DNA of 63,920 bases, filler included, from Limisphaerales bacterium (GTDB lineage: Bacteria > Verrucomicrobiota > Verrucomicrobiia > Limisphaerales > SIBE01), in the NCBI GenBank assembly GCA_044225505.1. It is 7 parts of 7 records of this genome, joined end to end, with 100 filler letters (N's around TTAATTAATTAA, not from the genome) between each part and the next. Parts side by side here need not be neighbours in the genome. Positions count along the whole stretch, not along the records: positions 9,885 to 19,626 come from JBGAIN010000232.1; positions 19,727 to 29,441 come from JBGAIN010000233.1; 5 more parts are not named here. The stretch is one strand, 5' to 3'. The position numbers and the translations under genes are program-made. The notes under the pieces are model-generated. The model saw only the letters and a program-made list of their open reading frames with translations, was not told the origin of the DNA and ran no database searches. Below are positions 10,454 to 20,106 of the stretch, piece by piece. Each line of letters starts with the position of its first letter. Position 1 is the stretch's first letter.

Positions 10454-10586
10454 ACGTGTTCCCTCCGGCGGTAACAGGAAATGACTACGGGATTTTTGCC
10501 AGATTAAACAGGGGTCGGAGCGATTAGCAATCCTTTTGTTGAACCTAAAGCAGGGCGAGCTTGCCGAACGCAATAAGAACCCACCA

Positions 10587-10609
10587 AACTGGCTTATGTT
10601 AAGCCAGTT
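10587..10609. promoter_or_regulatory. Perfect intergenic inverted repeat (operator or terminator stem)
   Basis: AACTGGCTTA-TGT-TAAGCCAGTT. Confidence 0.4.
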
Positions 10610-10717
10610 AACGCGATCTAACGACCTCGCTGAGCAAGCCTCACCGCCGCTGTGCTCGCTTAACAAGACCCATCAACCATTGACCCGCCGATCCTCCTTC
10701 GGCATCGATCGATAGCG

Positions 10718-11542
10718 TCAAAGGCGACTCAGCAACTCGGCTTTCTTGGCGTTGAATTCCGCATCCGTCAGGACACCTTGCGCTTTAAGAGCGCCCAATC
10801 GCTCAAGGAGGCCAATGACATCGCCCGATTCACTGGTTCTGGCCGGTAAAGGGGGTGGCGGAGGCGTTGGCGATGGCGACGGCGTTACCGTCCGAGAGAT
10901 TGGCTGCCCGTTGCGCAATACCACCGGCAACGCACTTAAGTTCACAGTCCCGTATTGGCTCGAAAAAAGGATAGATCCACCTGCTCCCTGCTGCTGGGAA
11001 AACCCGCCGATTTGATGATCCAGAGTATCGTAAACCCATGTATCTGAACCTGTTTGCACAGCAAGACGACGAGCCTGAGCAAAGTAAGCGTAGCGCACGG
11101 AGTTCTGGGCCCCCGTCGCGTTGGGAACACCGAGGTCTTGCGGCCACCAATTCGACGCTGGATCCGGCACGAACAAGGATGATGCCCCTCGAGGCACACC
11201 TGCGGCCTGCGTTTGCCACCCGTTCCCGCCCTGGCTTTGAGACTGGAAACTTCCAGTGCTCAACAGCCCGGGCTGGTTGGCGAGGATGTTCGCAATCTCA
11301 CTGCACAACGAATCGACGCGGTTCTTCAACCCGTAATTGAACATATCACCCAGCATGAGCATGCCTCCGCGCATCCATTGGCCTGAGCCGCCAAACTCCG
11401 GGTGGCTAAATTGAGCCATCGATCCGTTTCCATTCAGCACCGACGCCATCATGTGCGCGACCGCATCGATGCTAAACCCGTAGCGCCGGGCTAGGTCACC
11501 AGCAATGCGCTCACCTTCCGGTGTCAGTGGTTGAATGCTCAT
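10718..11542 (-). CDS. SHOCT domain-containing protein
   Basis: C-terminal LERLGALKAQGVLTDAEFNAKKAELLSRL after a Pro-rich linker. Confidence 0.85.
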   Translation of the reverse strand: MSIQPLTPEGERIAGDLARRYGFSIDAVAHMMASVLNGNGSMAQFSHPEFGGSGQWMRGGMLMLGDMFNYGLKNRVDSLCSEIANILANQPGLLSTGSFQSQSQGGNGWQTQAAGVPRGASSLFVPDPASNWWPQDLGVPNATGAQNSVRYAYFAQARRLAVQTGSDTWVYDTLDHQIGGFSQQQGAGGSILFSSQYGTVNLSALPVVLRNGQPISRTVTPSPSPTPPPPPLPARTSESGDVIGLLERLGALKAQGVLTDAEFNAKKAELLSRL

Positions 11543-11764
11543 ACGTCGCCTTAACGGTGGAACATCGTGACAGAGTGCACAAGCAATTAAGTGAGTGAGC
11601 CATGGGACTCCGAGGCTTCCATAATAAACTCTTCTTTATCAACAGAACACCGTAAGCCTTACTTTCTCACTCAGTCTACCGGCCCTGCAATAGAGGGTGA
11701 GAGATCGACAAGTGGGGTTGAGCCCCTCGGGCGTGACCATGGTTGATTTAGACACGTAGGTGCT

Positions 11765-12172
11765 ATGGAAGAAACCATCGACCTGAATCTTCTTTATCTC
11801 GCGGCATTTTGCCTGGGCGGTTTTGTATTCGCAGTGGGTCCGTTCATCGCCGTCCATCTTTTATCCGCCCGCAAGACGCGAGCCTACGCTGATAAAACTG
11901 AGCAACTCGTGGAGTGCGGCATCGAGCCGATTGGCGACGCTTGGATCCGATACAGTGCCGTTTACTATTTGTATGCACTAATCTTCGTCGCGTTCGCCGT
12001 GGACGTTCTATTCCTGATCCCGGTGGCCCTGGTGTACAACAAGATATTCCCGATTCGGGACTTTGTGGAAGTGACGATCTTCGTCGGAATTTTGTCTCTG
12101 GTCATCATCTATCCTTGGAAGAAGGGGCTGTTCGAATGGAAACGCAAAAGCAATGTTCCCAATGCGCGGTGA
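11765..12172 (+). CDS. nuoA: NADH-quinone oxidoreductase subunit A
   Basis: ECGIEPIG...[18 protein letters not shown]...WKKGLFEW. Confidence 0.9.
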   Translation: MEETIDLNLLYLAAFCLGGFVFAVGPFIAVHLLSARKTRAYADKTEQLVECGIEPIGDAWIRYSAVYYLYALIFVAFAVDVLFLIPVALVYNKIFPIRDFVEVTIFVGILSLVIIYPWKKGLFEWKRKSNVPNAR

Positions 12173-12675
12173 ACGACGCGATCCAGCAGCCGGACTGCTC
12201 GGCGCTAGTTCATTTCGCCTCGCTCGATAAGTTGCTCGCTCTCGGTCGAGCAAACTCGTTGTGGCCGCTCACGTTCGGCTTGGCCTGCTGCGCCATCGAA
12301 ATGATGGCGGCGGGCGCATCGCGGTTCGATCTCTCCCGATTTGGGGCGGAAGTGTTTCGCCCTTCTCCTCGGCAAGCGGACGTGATGATCGTCGCTGGAA
12401 CGATCAACCGCAAGATGGCCCAGGCCGTAAAAACCCTTTATGACCAAATGCTTGAGCCGAAATGGGTCATCGCCATGGGAAACTGCGCGATCTCCGGTGG
12501 CCCCTTTGTATTTCCAGGGCAGTACGCTGTGGTCGAAGGGGTCGACAAGCTGTTCCCGGTCGATGTCTTCGTTCCTGGCTGTCCGCCACGCCCGGAAGCC
12601 CTGATCGAGGGGATTCTCATGCTGGAAGAAAAGATCACAGGTAAACGCCGCTGGCCAAGAGTTCCTCCGCAATGA
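12136..12675 (+). CDS. nuoB: NADH-quinone oxidoreductase subunit B
   Basis: [39 protein letters not shown]. Start set at ATG 12136. Confidence 0.95.
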   Translation: METQKQCSQCAVNDAIQQPDCSALVHFASLDKLLALGRANSLWPLTFGLACCAIEMMAAGASRFDLSRFGAEVFRPSPRQADVMIVAGTINRKMAQAVKTLYDQMLEPKWVIAMGNCAISGGPFVFPGQYAVVEGVDKLFPVDVFVPGCPPRPEALIEGILMLEEKITGKRRWPRVPPQ

Positions 12676-13178
12676 GCACTCTGGTGGAACAAGTTCAATC
12701 TGCTTTCCTGCGACGCTTTCCAGCGATGCAGGCACTAACCGCACCGCCCCCCGCGGGTAGCCCGTTACCCCCATCCGGGGCTTGGCGAGAAGTGGACGCT
12801 AAGAGCAAAGGATACCACCTGGACATTCAACTGCCGCCCGATCAATTGGTGCTCGCGGCCGAAATCCTCGATGGACTCGGTTTTGCGATGGATACCGTGA
12901 CAGGCGTGGATTGGATGGCGGCGGGGGAGATGGAAGTGGTCTACGACTTCTTCCATTTGCAGTCCGCGCTTCACGTTGTCCTGCGAACCCGGACGCCTCG
13001 TATTGATCCCCAAGTTCCCACGATCTCGGGAATCTTTCCCGGGGCGAATTGGCACGAGCGCGAAACCCACGAGTTCTTTGGCATTCGCTTTTTGGGGCAT
13101 CCGAACCTGACGCCTCTACTGCTGCCGGAAGATGCGACCTATCATCCTTTGAGAAAGGACTTTGCCGGTGTTAGCTAA
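12672..13178 (+). CDS. nuoC: NADH-quinone oxidoreductase subunit C
   Basis: [22 protein letters not shown]...HPLRKDF. Confidence 0.93.
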   Translation: MSTLVEQVQSAFLRRFPAMQALTAPPPAGSPLPPSGAWREVDAKSKGYHLDIQLPPDQLVLAAEILDGLGFAMDTVTGVDWMAAGEMEVVYDFFHLQSALHVVLRTRTPRIDPQVPTISGIFPGANWHERETHEFFGIRFLGHPNLTPLLLPEDATYHPLRKDFAGVS

Positions 13179-14427
13179 CAAAACAGAGCCGGAAGCTGCC
13201 GCCCCTTCGCAGTCACCGCAAAGTCCGGAGTCAGAACGTCCTGACGTTCCTGAATCCCGAAGGCCGATAGCGGCAGGCCAACCTACGGGGCCATCCATGT
13301 CCATCGAACGTCTAAGCCCGGCGGAGTCCCCGGATGGCAATGAGACGTTTGTGCTCAATCTCGGTCCGCAACACCCGGCCACTCACGGTGTCCTCCGGGT
13401 GAAACTCACGATGGACGGCGAGTTCATCACGCGCGCTGAACCGGTGGCTGGGTATATCCATCGGATGCATGAGAAGATGGGGGAGAACCGGACTTACGCT
13501 CAGTTTCTGCCAAACACGAGCCGCATCGATTACCTGGCGGCGATGCAGTATACCCACGCCTACGTCCAACTGGTGGAGAAGGCCGCCGGCATCGAAGTCC
13601 CCCTTCGCGCTGAATACATTCGTGTAATCACGTCGGAGCTGAATCGGATTTCGAGCCACTTAGTTTGGTTTGGCGCTTACCTGCTCGATTTGGGCGGATT
13701 CACTCCCCTGCTCTTGGCCTTCGACGACCGGGAAAAGATTCTCGACCTCCTGGAAGGAGTAACCGGAGCTCGCCTGACTTACTGCTATTACCGGTTTGGA
13801 GGGCTCTACAATGACGTCGACGCGTCGTTTCTCGATGGCACACGCGAGTTCGTCACTTACATGCGGCCGCGCCTGGACGTTTACCGGAAACTCGTCACCG
13901 GGAACATCATTCTGCGCAAGCGGCTGGAAGGCATCGGGCCAATTAGCGGGGAAGTCTGTCGCAAGTACGGAGCGTCCGGACCGGTGATGCGTGGCGCGGG
14001 GATCGCGTATGACGTCCGGAAAATAGAGCCTTACTCGGTTTATCCAGAGTTCTCTTTCGATATCCCAGTTTATCCGCAAGGTGATTGCATGGCTCGGTAT
14101 CTCGTCCGTATGGAGGAGATCGAGCAGAGCTTGCGTATCATCGAACAGGCTCTCGCCAAGCTGCCGGAAGGTCCGATCATTGGGAAAGCGCCTCGGGCAG
14201 TAAAGCTGCCGCCCGGCGACTACTACTCTGCGGTGGAAGCGGCGCGGGGTCGTTTAGGAATTCGGGTGGTCAGCGATGGTAAAGACACCGCCTACCGATT
14301 GAAACTCCGAACCCCGTCCTTCGCCAACCTCAGTCTCTTTGAAGAAGTGAGCCAAGGCATGATGCTCCCGGATGCGATTGCGTTAATGGGGAGTTTGGAT
14401 CTGGTCATTCCCGATATTGATCGCTGA
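13162..14427 (+). CDS. nuoD: NADH-quinone oxidoreductase subunit D (true start may be 13168 or 13297)
   Basis: NLGPQHPATHGVLR, RIDYLA, ELNRISSHL, C-terminal SLDLVIPDIDR; no Ni-binding CxxC motifs. Confidence 0.95.
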   Translation: MPVLANKTEPEAAAPSQSPQSPESERPDVPESRRPIAAGQPTGPSMSIERLSPAESPDGNETFVLNLGPQHPATHGVLRVKLTMDGEFITRAEPVAGYIHRMHEKMGENRTYAQFLPNTSRIDYLAAMQYTHAYVQLVEKAAGIEVPLRAEYIRVITSELNRISSHLVWFGAYLLDLGGFTPLLLAFDDREKILDLLEGVTGARLTYCYYRFGGLYNDVDASFLDGTREFVTYMRPRLDVYRKLVTGNIILRKRLEGIGPISGEVCRKYGASGPVMRGAGIAYDVRKIEPYSVYPEFSFDIPVYPQGDCMARYLVRMEEIEQSLRIIEQALAKLPEGPIIGKAPRAVKLPPGDYYSAVEAARGRLGIRVVSDGKDTAYRLKLRTPSFANLSLFEEVSQGMMLPDAIALMGSLDLVIPDIDR

Positions 14428-15427
14428 GAAAATGCCTATGTCCATTCCCGAACCATTTCGAATGTTCGCTTACCTGGCGGGGATCATGGCCTTTGTCGGA
14501 GCGAACGCCGCATACCTCGTTTGGGTGGAACGTAAAGGCGCCGCGCGCTTTCAACGTCGCCCGGGTCCTACCGAAGTCGGACCGGCCGGTTTGCTGCAGC
14601 CGATCGCAGACGCCGTGAAGCTCTTGACCAAGCAAGTCTTGGTGCCTCCGCAATCGGACAAAGCACTTTTCCGAATTGCTCCAGCCCTCGTGATGGCCCC
14701 GGCCTTGATGTGCCTGGCGACGATCCCGTTCAGTTCCGCGATCGGTGCGCGGGATCTAAACCTCGGCTTGGTGCTGGTCTTCGCTTTTGGCTCGATCAAC
14801 GTCCTGGCGATTATGCTGGGTGGGTGGGCCTCCCGGAACAAATACGCCATTATCTCCAGCGCTCGAATTGTCTCTCAAAACGTGGCGTATGAAATCCCGA
14901 TGCTGCTCGTTGTCATCACGCTGCTGATGGTCACAGGAACGGCCAGTCTCCGGGAGATCGTCGAGCAGCAAGCGGGTGGGTTTTGGAAGTGGAACCTCTT
15001 CAAACTACAGGCGAACCCGCTCATGCCGGTAACGTTCGTGATTTTCTTTATCTGCATGCTTGCGGAGACAAATCGAGCTCCGTTCGACATGGCCGAGGCG
15101 GAAAGTGAATTGGTCGCCGGTGCATTCACGGAATATGCCGGGATGGGATTCGGTGTCTTTTTCATGGCCGAATACGCCAATATCCTGGTCGGCTGCAGCC
15201 TGGCGACGATCCTTTTCTTCGGTGGTTGGAACAGCCCGATCGGTGTGTGGTCTGGCGTGATTTGGTTTCTGATCAAGCTCTACTTGCTAATCTTTACGGT
15301 GGTCTGGGTCCGGTGGACATTCCCGCGCACGCAATTCTACAATTTGCTCAACCTATCCTGGAAAATTCTCATTCCCATTTCGTTGGTCACATTAGTTTTG
15401 ACCAGCGCCATGCTAAAACTCTTCTGA
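14417..15427 (+). CDS. nuoH: NADH-quinone oxidoreductase subunit H
   Basis: ERK..ARFQRRPGP, GLLQPIADAVKLLTK, AETNRAPFDMAEAESELVAG. Confidence 0.95.
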   Translation: MIAEKMPMSIPEPFRMFAYLAGIMAFVGANAAYLVWVERKGAARFQRRPGPTEVGPAGLLQPIADAVKLLTKQVLVPPQSDKALFRIAPALVMAPALMCLATIPFSSAIGARDLNLGLVLVFAFGSINVLAIMLGGWASRNKYAIISSARIVSQNVAYEIPMLLVVITLLMVTGTASLREIVEQQAGGFWKWNLFKLQANPLMPVTFVIFFICMLAETNRAPFDMAEAESELVAGAFTEYAGMGFGVFFMAEYANILVGCSLATILFFGGWNSPIGVWSGVIWFLIKLYLLIFTVVWVRWTFPRTQFYNLLNLSWKILIPISLVTLVLTSAMLKLF

Positions 15428-15428
15428 A

Positions 15429-15875
15429 ATGAAAAACGCGCTTGGCGAAATCTTCACTGGTTTTAAGAGTTTGCTTTCCGGTATGCGGATTACCCTGGGT
15501 GAATTCTTTAAACCCGCCGTGACGGTGCATTATCCTCATCAGACGCTGAAAATGCCCGAGCGGTATCGAGGGCATGTCGTCCTGGTCAAGGATCCTGCCA
15601 CCGGCAAGTCGCTCTGTGTCGCCTGCAAGTCCTGTGAGAAAGCCTGCCCGAGCGATTGTATTGTGGTGGAAGGAATCAAGAAGGAAGGCGAGAAGAAAAA
15701 GTCTGTCACGGAGTTCAAACTCAATTTTACAACCTGCAGCTTGTGTGGATCCTGCGTAGAAGTCTGCCCGATCGAAGCACTCCAGTTCTCGAAAGAATAT
15801 AATCTGGCGAGCACCCGCAAGGACGCTTTTTATCAAATCGACCTCGCCAAGGAGATCGAAGGAGGCGAAAAGTGA
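15429..15875 (+). CDS. nuoI: NADH-quinone oxidoreductase subunit I
   Basis: Two [4Fe-4S] motifs: CVACKSCEKACP and CSLCGSCVEVCP. Confidence 0.93.
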   Translation: MKNALGEIFTGFKSLLSGMRITLGEFFKPAVTVHYPHQTLKMPERYRGHVVLVKDPATGKSLCVACKSCEKACPSDCIVVEGIKKEGEKKKSVTEFKLNFTTCSLCGSCVEVCPIEALQFSKEYNLASTRKDAFYQIDLAKEIEGGEK

Positions 15876-16402
15876 ATCTAGTCACGATCGCAAACGCGGC
15901 GACGCTCTTGGTTTTCGGCACCGCCGTGGGAGCCACGGTCGGCGGTGCGTTGCTCGCCGTTTCGGCAACCCGAATCATTCGGAGTGTCTGTGGCTTGGCT
16001 GTCTGCTGCTGCGGCCTCGCTGGACTCTACTATTTCCTGCACAGCCCATTCCTCAGCCTGATGGAGATCTTGATCTACGTGGGCGCAATCTGCGTCACGA
16101 TTATCTTCGCTGTAATGCTCGCCGAACCGGACGAACCCCCTCGATCGCAAAAAGGCATGGCCGCCTGGTGTTGGGGCGGGTGTGCTTTAGGCGTCAGCGC
16201 GGTCGCATTCTGGGGCATTTCCTATTTGGGCCTGACGTTTCCTTGGGTGCCCGCGGCGAAACTGACGCAAGGCTCCATGAAGGATATCGGGGTCTCACTC
16301 CTGACGACTTACAGTTTGGCCTTCGAGCTGATCTCTCTCGTTTTGCTCATCGCCGTCTTGGGAGCACTGGTCATCGCACGCGAAGGGAGAAGTAAATCAT
16401 AG
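15872..16402 (+). CDS. nuoJ: NADH-quinone oxidoreductase subunit J
   Basis: EILIYVGAICVTIIFAVML, AFELISLVLL. Confidence 0.9.
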   Translation: MNLVTIANAATLLVFGTAVGATVGGALLAVSATRIIRSVCGLAVCCCGLAGLYYFLHSPFLSLMEILIYVGAICVTIIFAVMLAEPDEPPRSQKGMAAWCWGGCALGVSAVAFWGISYLGLTFPWVPAAKLTQGSMKDIGVSLLTTYSLAFELISLVLLIAVLGALVIAREGRSKS

Positions 16403-16403
16403 T

Positions 16404-16724
16404 ATGCAACTTTACTGGAACCAGCCGGCCGTCTATCTGGTGGTGGCCGCTTTCTTATTTGCCACGGGCCTATTTGGAATGCTTCGCCGGCGCACCTTTA
16501 TCGGCATGCTCATCGCGGGGGAACTGATCTTCTCGGGCGCATCGCTCAACTTAATGGCCATGAATCGTTTCTTTGCTCCGGACCCGGCCGTGGGCCAGAT
16601 CTTTGTCCTCTTCATCATGGCGTTAGCCGCAGCGGAAGTCGCCATTGCTCTCAGCATCATCATCGCGGTATATCGAAACTACCGATCGATCAATTCGCAG
16701 ACCCTCGCAGAACTCAAAGGATAG
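16404..16724 (+). CDS. nuoK: NADH-quinone oxidoreductase subunit K
   Basis: GQIFVLFIMALAAAEVAIALSII. Confidence 0.92.
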   Translation: MQLYWNQPAVYLVVAAFLFATGLFGMLRRRTFIGMLIAGELIFSGASLNLMAMNRFFAPDPAVGQIFVLFIMALAAAEVAIALSIIIAVYRNYRSINSQTLAELKG

Positions 16725-16726
16725 CC

Positions 16727-18199
16727 ATGGCCGCGCTCAACGACAGTAGATTGCTCTGGGCAGTACTAGCCCCTTTGGTTGGGGCTGGACTGGTCATGGC
16801 CTCAGGAAAACGTCCAAATCTCCGCGAAGGTTGCTCCTTCCTGGCCGCGGTCGTCCTTTTCGCCATCACGGCATCGTTGGTGCCTGACATCCGAGCTGGC
16901 CAGACGCTCCACTTCACGCTCTTCGAGCTACTGCCACACCTCTCAATTTCCCTTCGCGCCGATGCGTTATCGATGATTTTCGCCGTGGCAGCTTCGTTTC
17001 TCTGGATTCTGACCGTCTTCTACTCGGCTGGCTACATGCGAGGATTGGAAGAACATTGCCAGACCCGGTTTAACACTTGTTTCGCCTTGGCGCTGTTCGG
17101 TGCGATCGGTTGCGCGTTTTCGGACAACCTGCTGACTCTCTATCTGTTTTACGAGATTGTCAGCGTTACAACGTATCCGCTGGTCGCCCACCATCAAGAT
17201 GCGGAAGGGTACGAAGGAGCGCAGAAATACATCATCTACCTGACCACCACCGCGAAGGGCCTGATTCTCCCAGCCATGGTGTGGCTCTACGTCTTGAGCG
17301 GGACTCTCGATTTTGCGGCCAATGTGCACACTGGCATTATTCCGGCGACGGTGCACCGCGGGGCCGTCACCGCCCTCTATATTTGCTGCATTCTCGGTTT
17401 TGCCAAGAACGGCATCATGCCGCTCCACCACTGGCTGCCTGGAGCGATGGTAGCGCCAACTCCTGTGAGCGCCCTTTTGCATGCCGTGGCCGTCGTCAAA
17501 GTCGGAGTCTTCTCGACGGTGCGCGTCATGTTGTATGTTTTCGGAATCGATCGGATGGACGCCCTCAACTTAGGCTTACCCACGGCCTATTTCGTCTCCT
17601 TCACCATTATCACGGCGTCGATCATTGCGTTGAGCAAAGATAACCTCAAAGCACGCCTTGCGTATTCGACAGTGAGCCAACTTTCTTACGTCATTCTCGG
17701 CGTCGCTCTTTTGAAACCGGCCGGAATTGAAGGTGGGCTCGTCCATATTGCGAACCACGCCTTTTCCAAAATCACGCTCTTCTTTTGCGCCGGTGCGATC
17801 TACGTAGCGACGCACAAGAAAAACATTTCCGAAATGCGCGGACTGGGCCGCACCATGCCATTCACGTTTGGCGCTTTTGCTCTGGCCGCGTTGAGTATGA
17901 TTGGGGCTCCGCCTGTCGGTGGATTTGTCTCCAAATGGTATCTGCTGGTTGGAGCTTTGGATGCGGGCTCACTCCTGATCATAGGGGTGCTAATCTGCAG
18001 TACGCTTCTCAATACGGCCTACTTTGCCCCGGTGGTTTATCAGGCATTCTTTGGCAGAGCCACAAGCACGGATACAGAACATTTTTCCGAAGCACCACTG
18101 GCGATGGTCATTCCGCTCAGCATCACCGCGTTGATTTCCGTTGGCTTGGGAATTTATCCGAATTTCTTCATGAAATTCGCCAAGGCATTGTTCCTATGA
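16727..18199 (+). CDS. Monovalent cation/H+ antiporter subunit D family (Mrp/Mnh-type) membrane subunit
   Basis: LYLFYEIVSVTTYPLVAH, MPLHHWLPGAMVAPTPVSALLHAVAVVK, KARLAYSTVSQLSY. Confidence 0.88.
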   Translation: MAALNDSRLLWAVLAPLVGAGLVMASGKRPNLREGCSFLAAVVLFAITASLVPDIRAGQTLHFTLFELLPHLSISLRADALSMIFAVAASFLWILTVFYSAGYMRGLEEHCQTRFNTCFALALFGAIGCAFSDNLLTLYLFYEIVSVTTYPLVAHHQDAEGYEGAQKYIIYLTTTAKGLILPAMVWLYVLSGTLDFAANVHTGIIPATVHRGAVTALYICCILGFAKNGIMPLHHWLPGAMVAPTPVSALLHAVAVVKVGVFSTVRVMLYVFGIDRMDALNLGLPTAYFVSFTIITASIIALSKDNLKARLAYSTVSQLSYVILGVALLKPAGIEGGLVHIANHAFSKITLFFCAGAIYVATHKKNISEMRGLGRTMPFTFGAFALAALSMIGAPPVGGFVSKWYLLVGALDAGSLLIIGVLICSTLLNTAYFAPVVYQAFFGRATSTDTEHFSEAPLAMVIPLSITALISVGLGIYPNFFMKFAKALFL

Positions 18200-18456
18200 A
18201 TTTGGTTAACCTCATCGAGTTTCTGCGCAAGCACTTCACCGCGGTGATCCGCGTTTGCGGTGTCGTGCTGGCTCTGCTCGTGTTGGCGGATGTCATTCCG
18301 GGATTGATCCATAAAGAACATGCGCACACCGCCATCGAACGGTTGCCAGGGTTTTGGGCGCTCTTCGGATTTCTCGGTTGCGTCGTCCTGATACTCCTTT
18401 CCAAGGCCTTCGGCCACGCCGGCATCATGAAGCGAGAGGACTACTACGATGAATAG
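18196..18456 (+). CDS. Small two-TM accessory protein of Mrp-type operons
   Basis: MNLVNLIEFLRKHF...PGFWALFGFLGCVVLILLSKAFGHAGIMKREDYYDE; ATGA overlap with the upstream gene. Confidence 0.8.
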   Translation: MNLVNLIEFLRKHFTAVIRVCGVVLALLVLADVIPGLIHKEHAHTAIERLPGFWALFGFLGCVVLILLSKAFGHAGIMKREDYYDE

Positions 18457-19626
18457 TTTCTGGATTCATCCTGCACTGGTGCTGATCGTGGGGGGACTGC
18501 TCCTGCCGTTAGTGCCCAGGTCGTTGAAACGGTTTTACCTCCTGCTCGTGCCGGCCGCCGCGTTCTTGCGTGTCTGGACCCTATCCAAAGGCACGTTTGG
18601 GCAGGTGCCATTTCTAGACTGGACCTTGACCTTTGGGAGAGTCGACGGACTTAGCCAAGTCTTTGGATACATCATGGCCCTGATGGCGGTCGTTGCGACC
18701 CTTTACGCGCTGCACGTCAAAGAAGATGCCCAGCACATGACCGCATGGACGTACGCCGCAGGGTCGCTCGGCGCCATTTATGCCGGTGATCTTCTCACGC
18801 TCTTTTTGTTCTGGGAAGTCATGGCATTTGCCTCGGTGTTTCTTATCTGGTTCCGGCGTCGCCCGCAGTCGCTCGCGGTGGGCTTTCGGTATCTGCTGGT
18901 GCACATCGCCGGGGGCGTGAGCTTGCTCGCGGGCATTCTTCTTCATTCGAAGGAAGCGGGCGGCAGCTTTGCCTTCAACGGGTTTGATGTGGCGCATCCA
19001 ACCCTCGCTCTCTGGTTAATTCTAATCGGCTTTGTGCTCAACGCGGCCGTTCCGCCGCTGCATGCCTGGCTGCCCGACGCGTATGGCGAGGCGACTTTTA
19101 ATGGATCCGTCTTTCTCTGTGCCTTCACGACGAAGACGGCGGTCTATGCTCTCTGTCGCGGGTTTGCGGGGATGGAGATCTTGGTTCCTTTCGGCGTGGC
19201 GATGGCTCTGTACGGGGTGGTCTACGCAGTGCTGGAGAATGATTGCCGCCGACTGCTCGCCTATCACATTATCAGTCAGGTGGGGTATATGGTGGCCGGC
19301 GTCGGCCTCGGCACCGAGATGGCAATTAATGGCGCGTGCGCCCATGCCTTCGCGCACATCCTTTACAAAGGCCTGCTGTTCATGGGATGCGGCGCCGTCC
19401 TTCACGTAACGGGCGAAAGCAAGTTTACGGAATTGGGCGGCCTCTGGAAAAAGATGCCTCGGACCTTTGCCTTCACCCTGGTGGGCGGCCTTTCCATCTC
19501 GGCATTTCCGCTCTTTAGCGGGTTCGTCAGCAAATCCATGATCGTGGCGGCGGGGTTCGAGAAGCATCAACTTTGGACCGGCTTTCTGCTCATGCTGGCG
19601 TCAGTCGGAACCTTCCTGCATACGGG
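18449..19626 (+). CDS. Second Na+/H+ antiporter-like (MrpA/D family) subunit, 3' truncated
   Basis: LFLFWEVMA, PPLHAWLPDAY, AFTTKTAVY, RLLAYHIISQVGYMV, HILYKGLLFM. Confidence 0.88.
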
Positions 19627-19726
19627 NNNNNNNNNNNNNNNNNNNNNNNNNNNNNNNNNNNNNNNNNNNNTTAATTAATTAANNNNNNNNNNNNNNNNNN
19701 NNNNNNNNNNNNNNNNNNNNNNNNNN
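19627..19726. other. Artificial contig linker
   Basis: N44-TTAATTAATTAA-N44. Confidence 0.99.
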
Positions 19727-19727
19727 T

Positions 19728-20099
19728 GGCCGTCTGATCCGAGATCCTGAAATGCGATTTGCAGCCACCGGCAGAGCCGTCGCGTCGTTTTCAGTTGCTA
19801 CGAACTATCGCTACCCGGATAAAGGCGGCCAATGGAAGGATGAAGCAGCGTTTATCCCCTGCGCTAGCTTCGGCCGTACCGCAGAACAATTGTCCCAGAA
19901 GCACAAGGGCGATCCGCTGCTGGTGACCGGCCGTCTTCGGACAGAGACTTGGCTAAAGGACGGAGTGAATCACTCGCGGCTTGTTTTGGTCGCGGAGACC
20001 GTCAATTTCATTGTGCCTGGAACCAAATTGACTGGCGGCGCTGAAACCGGAGAGCTTCCGGTCCTTTCCGAAGAGGTAAAGAAAGCTGTTCCATTCTAA
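19728..20099 (+). CDS. ssb: Single-stranded DNA-binding protein, 5' truncated
   Basis: GRLIRDPEMRF...VASFSVATN...KGDPLLVTGRLRTETW; ends in VPF. Confidence 0.9.
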   Translation, partial: GRLIRDPEMRFAATGRAVASFSVATNYRYPDKGGQWKDEAAFIPCASFGRTAEQLSQKHKGDPLLVTGRLRTETWLKDGVNHSRLVLVAETVNFIVPGTKLTGGAETGELPVLSEEVKKAVPF

Positions 20100-20106
20100 G
20101 CATCGT

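Noticed and set aside
12136..14427. Group 4 [NiFe]-hydrogenase
   Set aside because: The large subunit lacks the RxCxxC and DPCxxC Ni ligands, and NuoB has the complex I CC motif.
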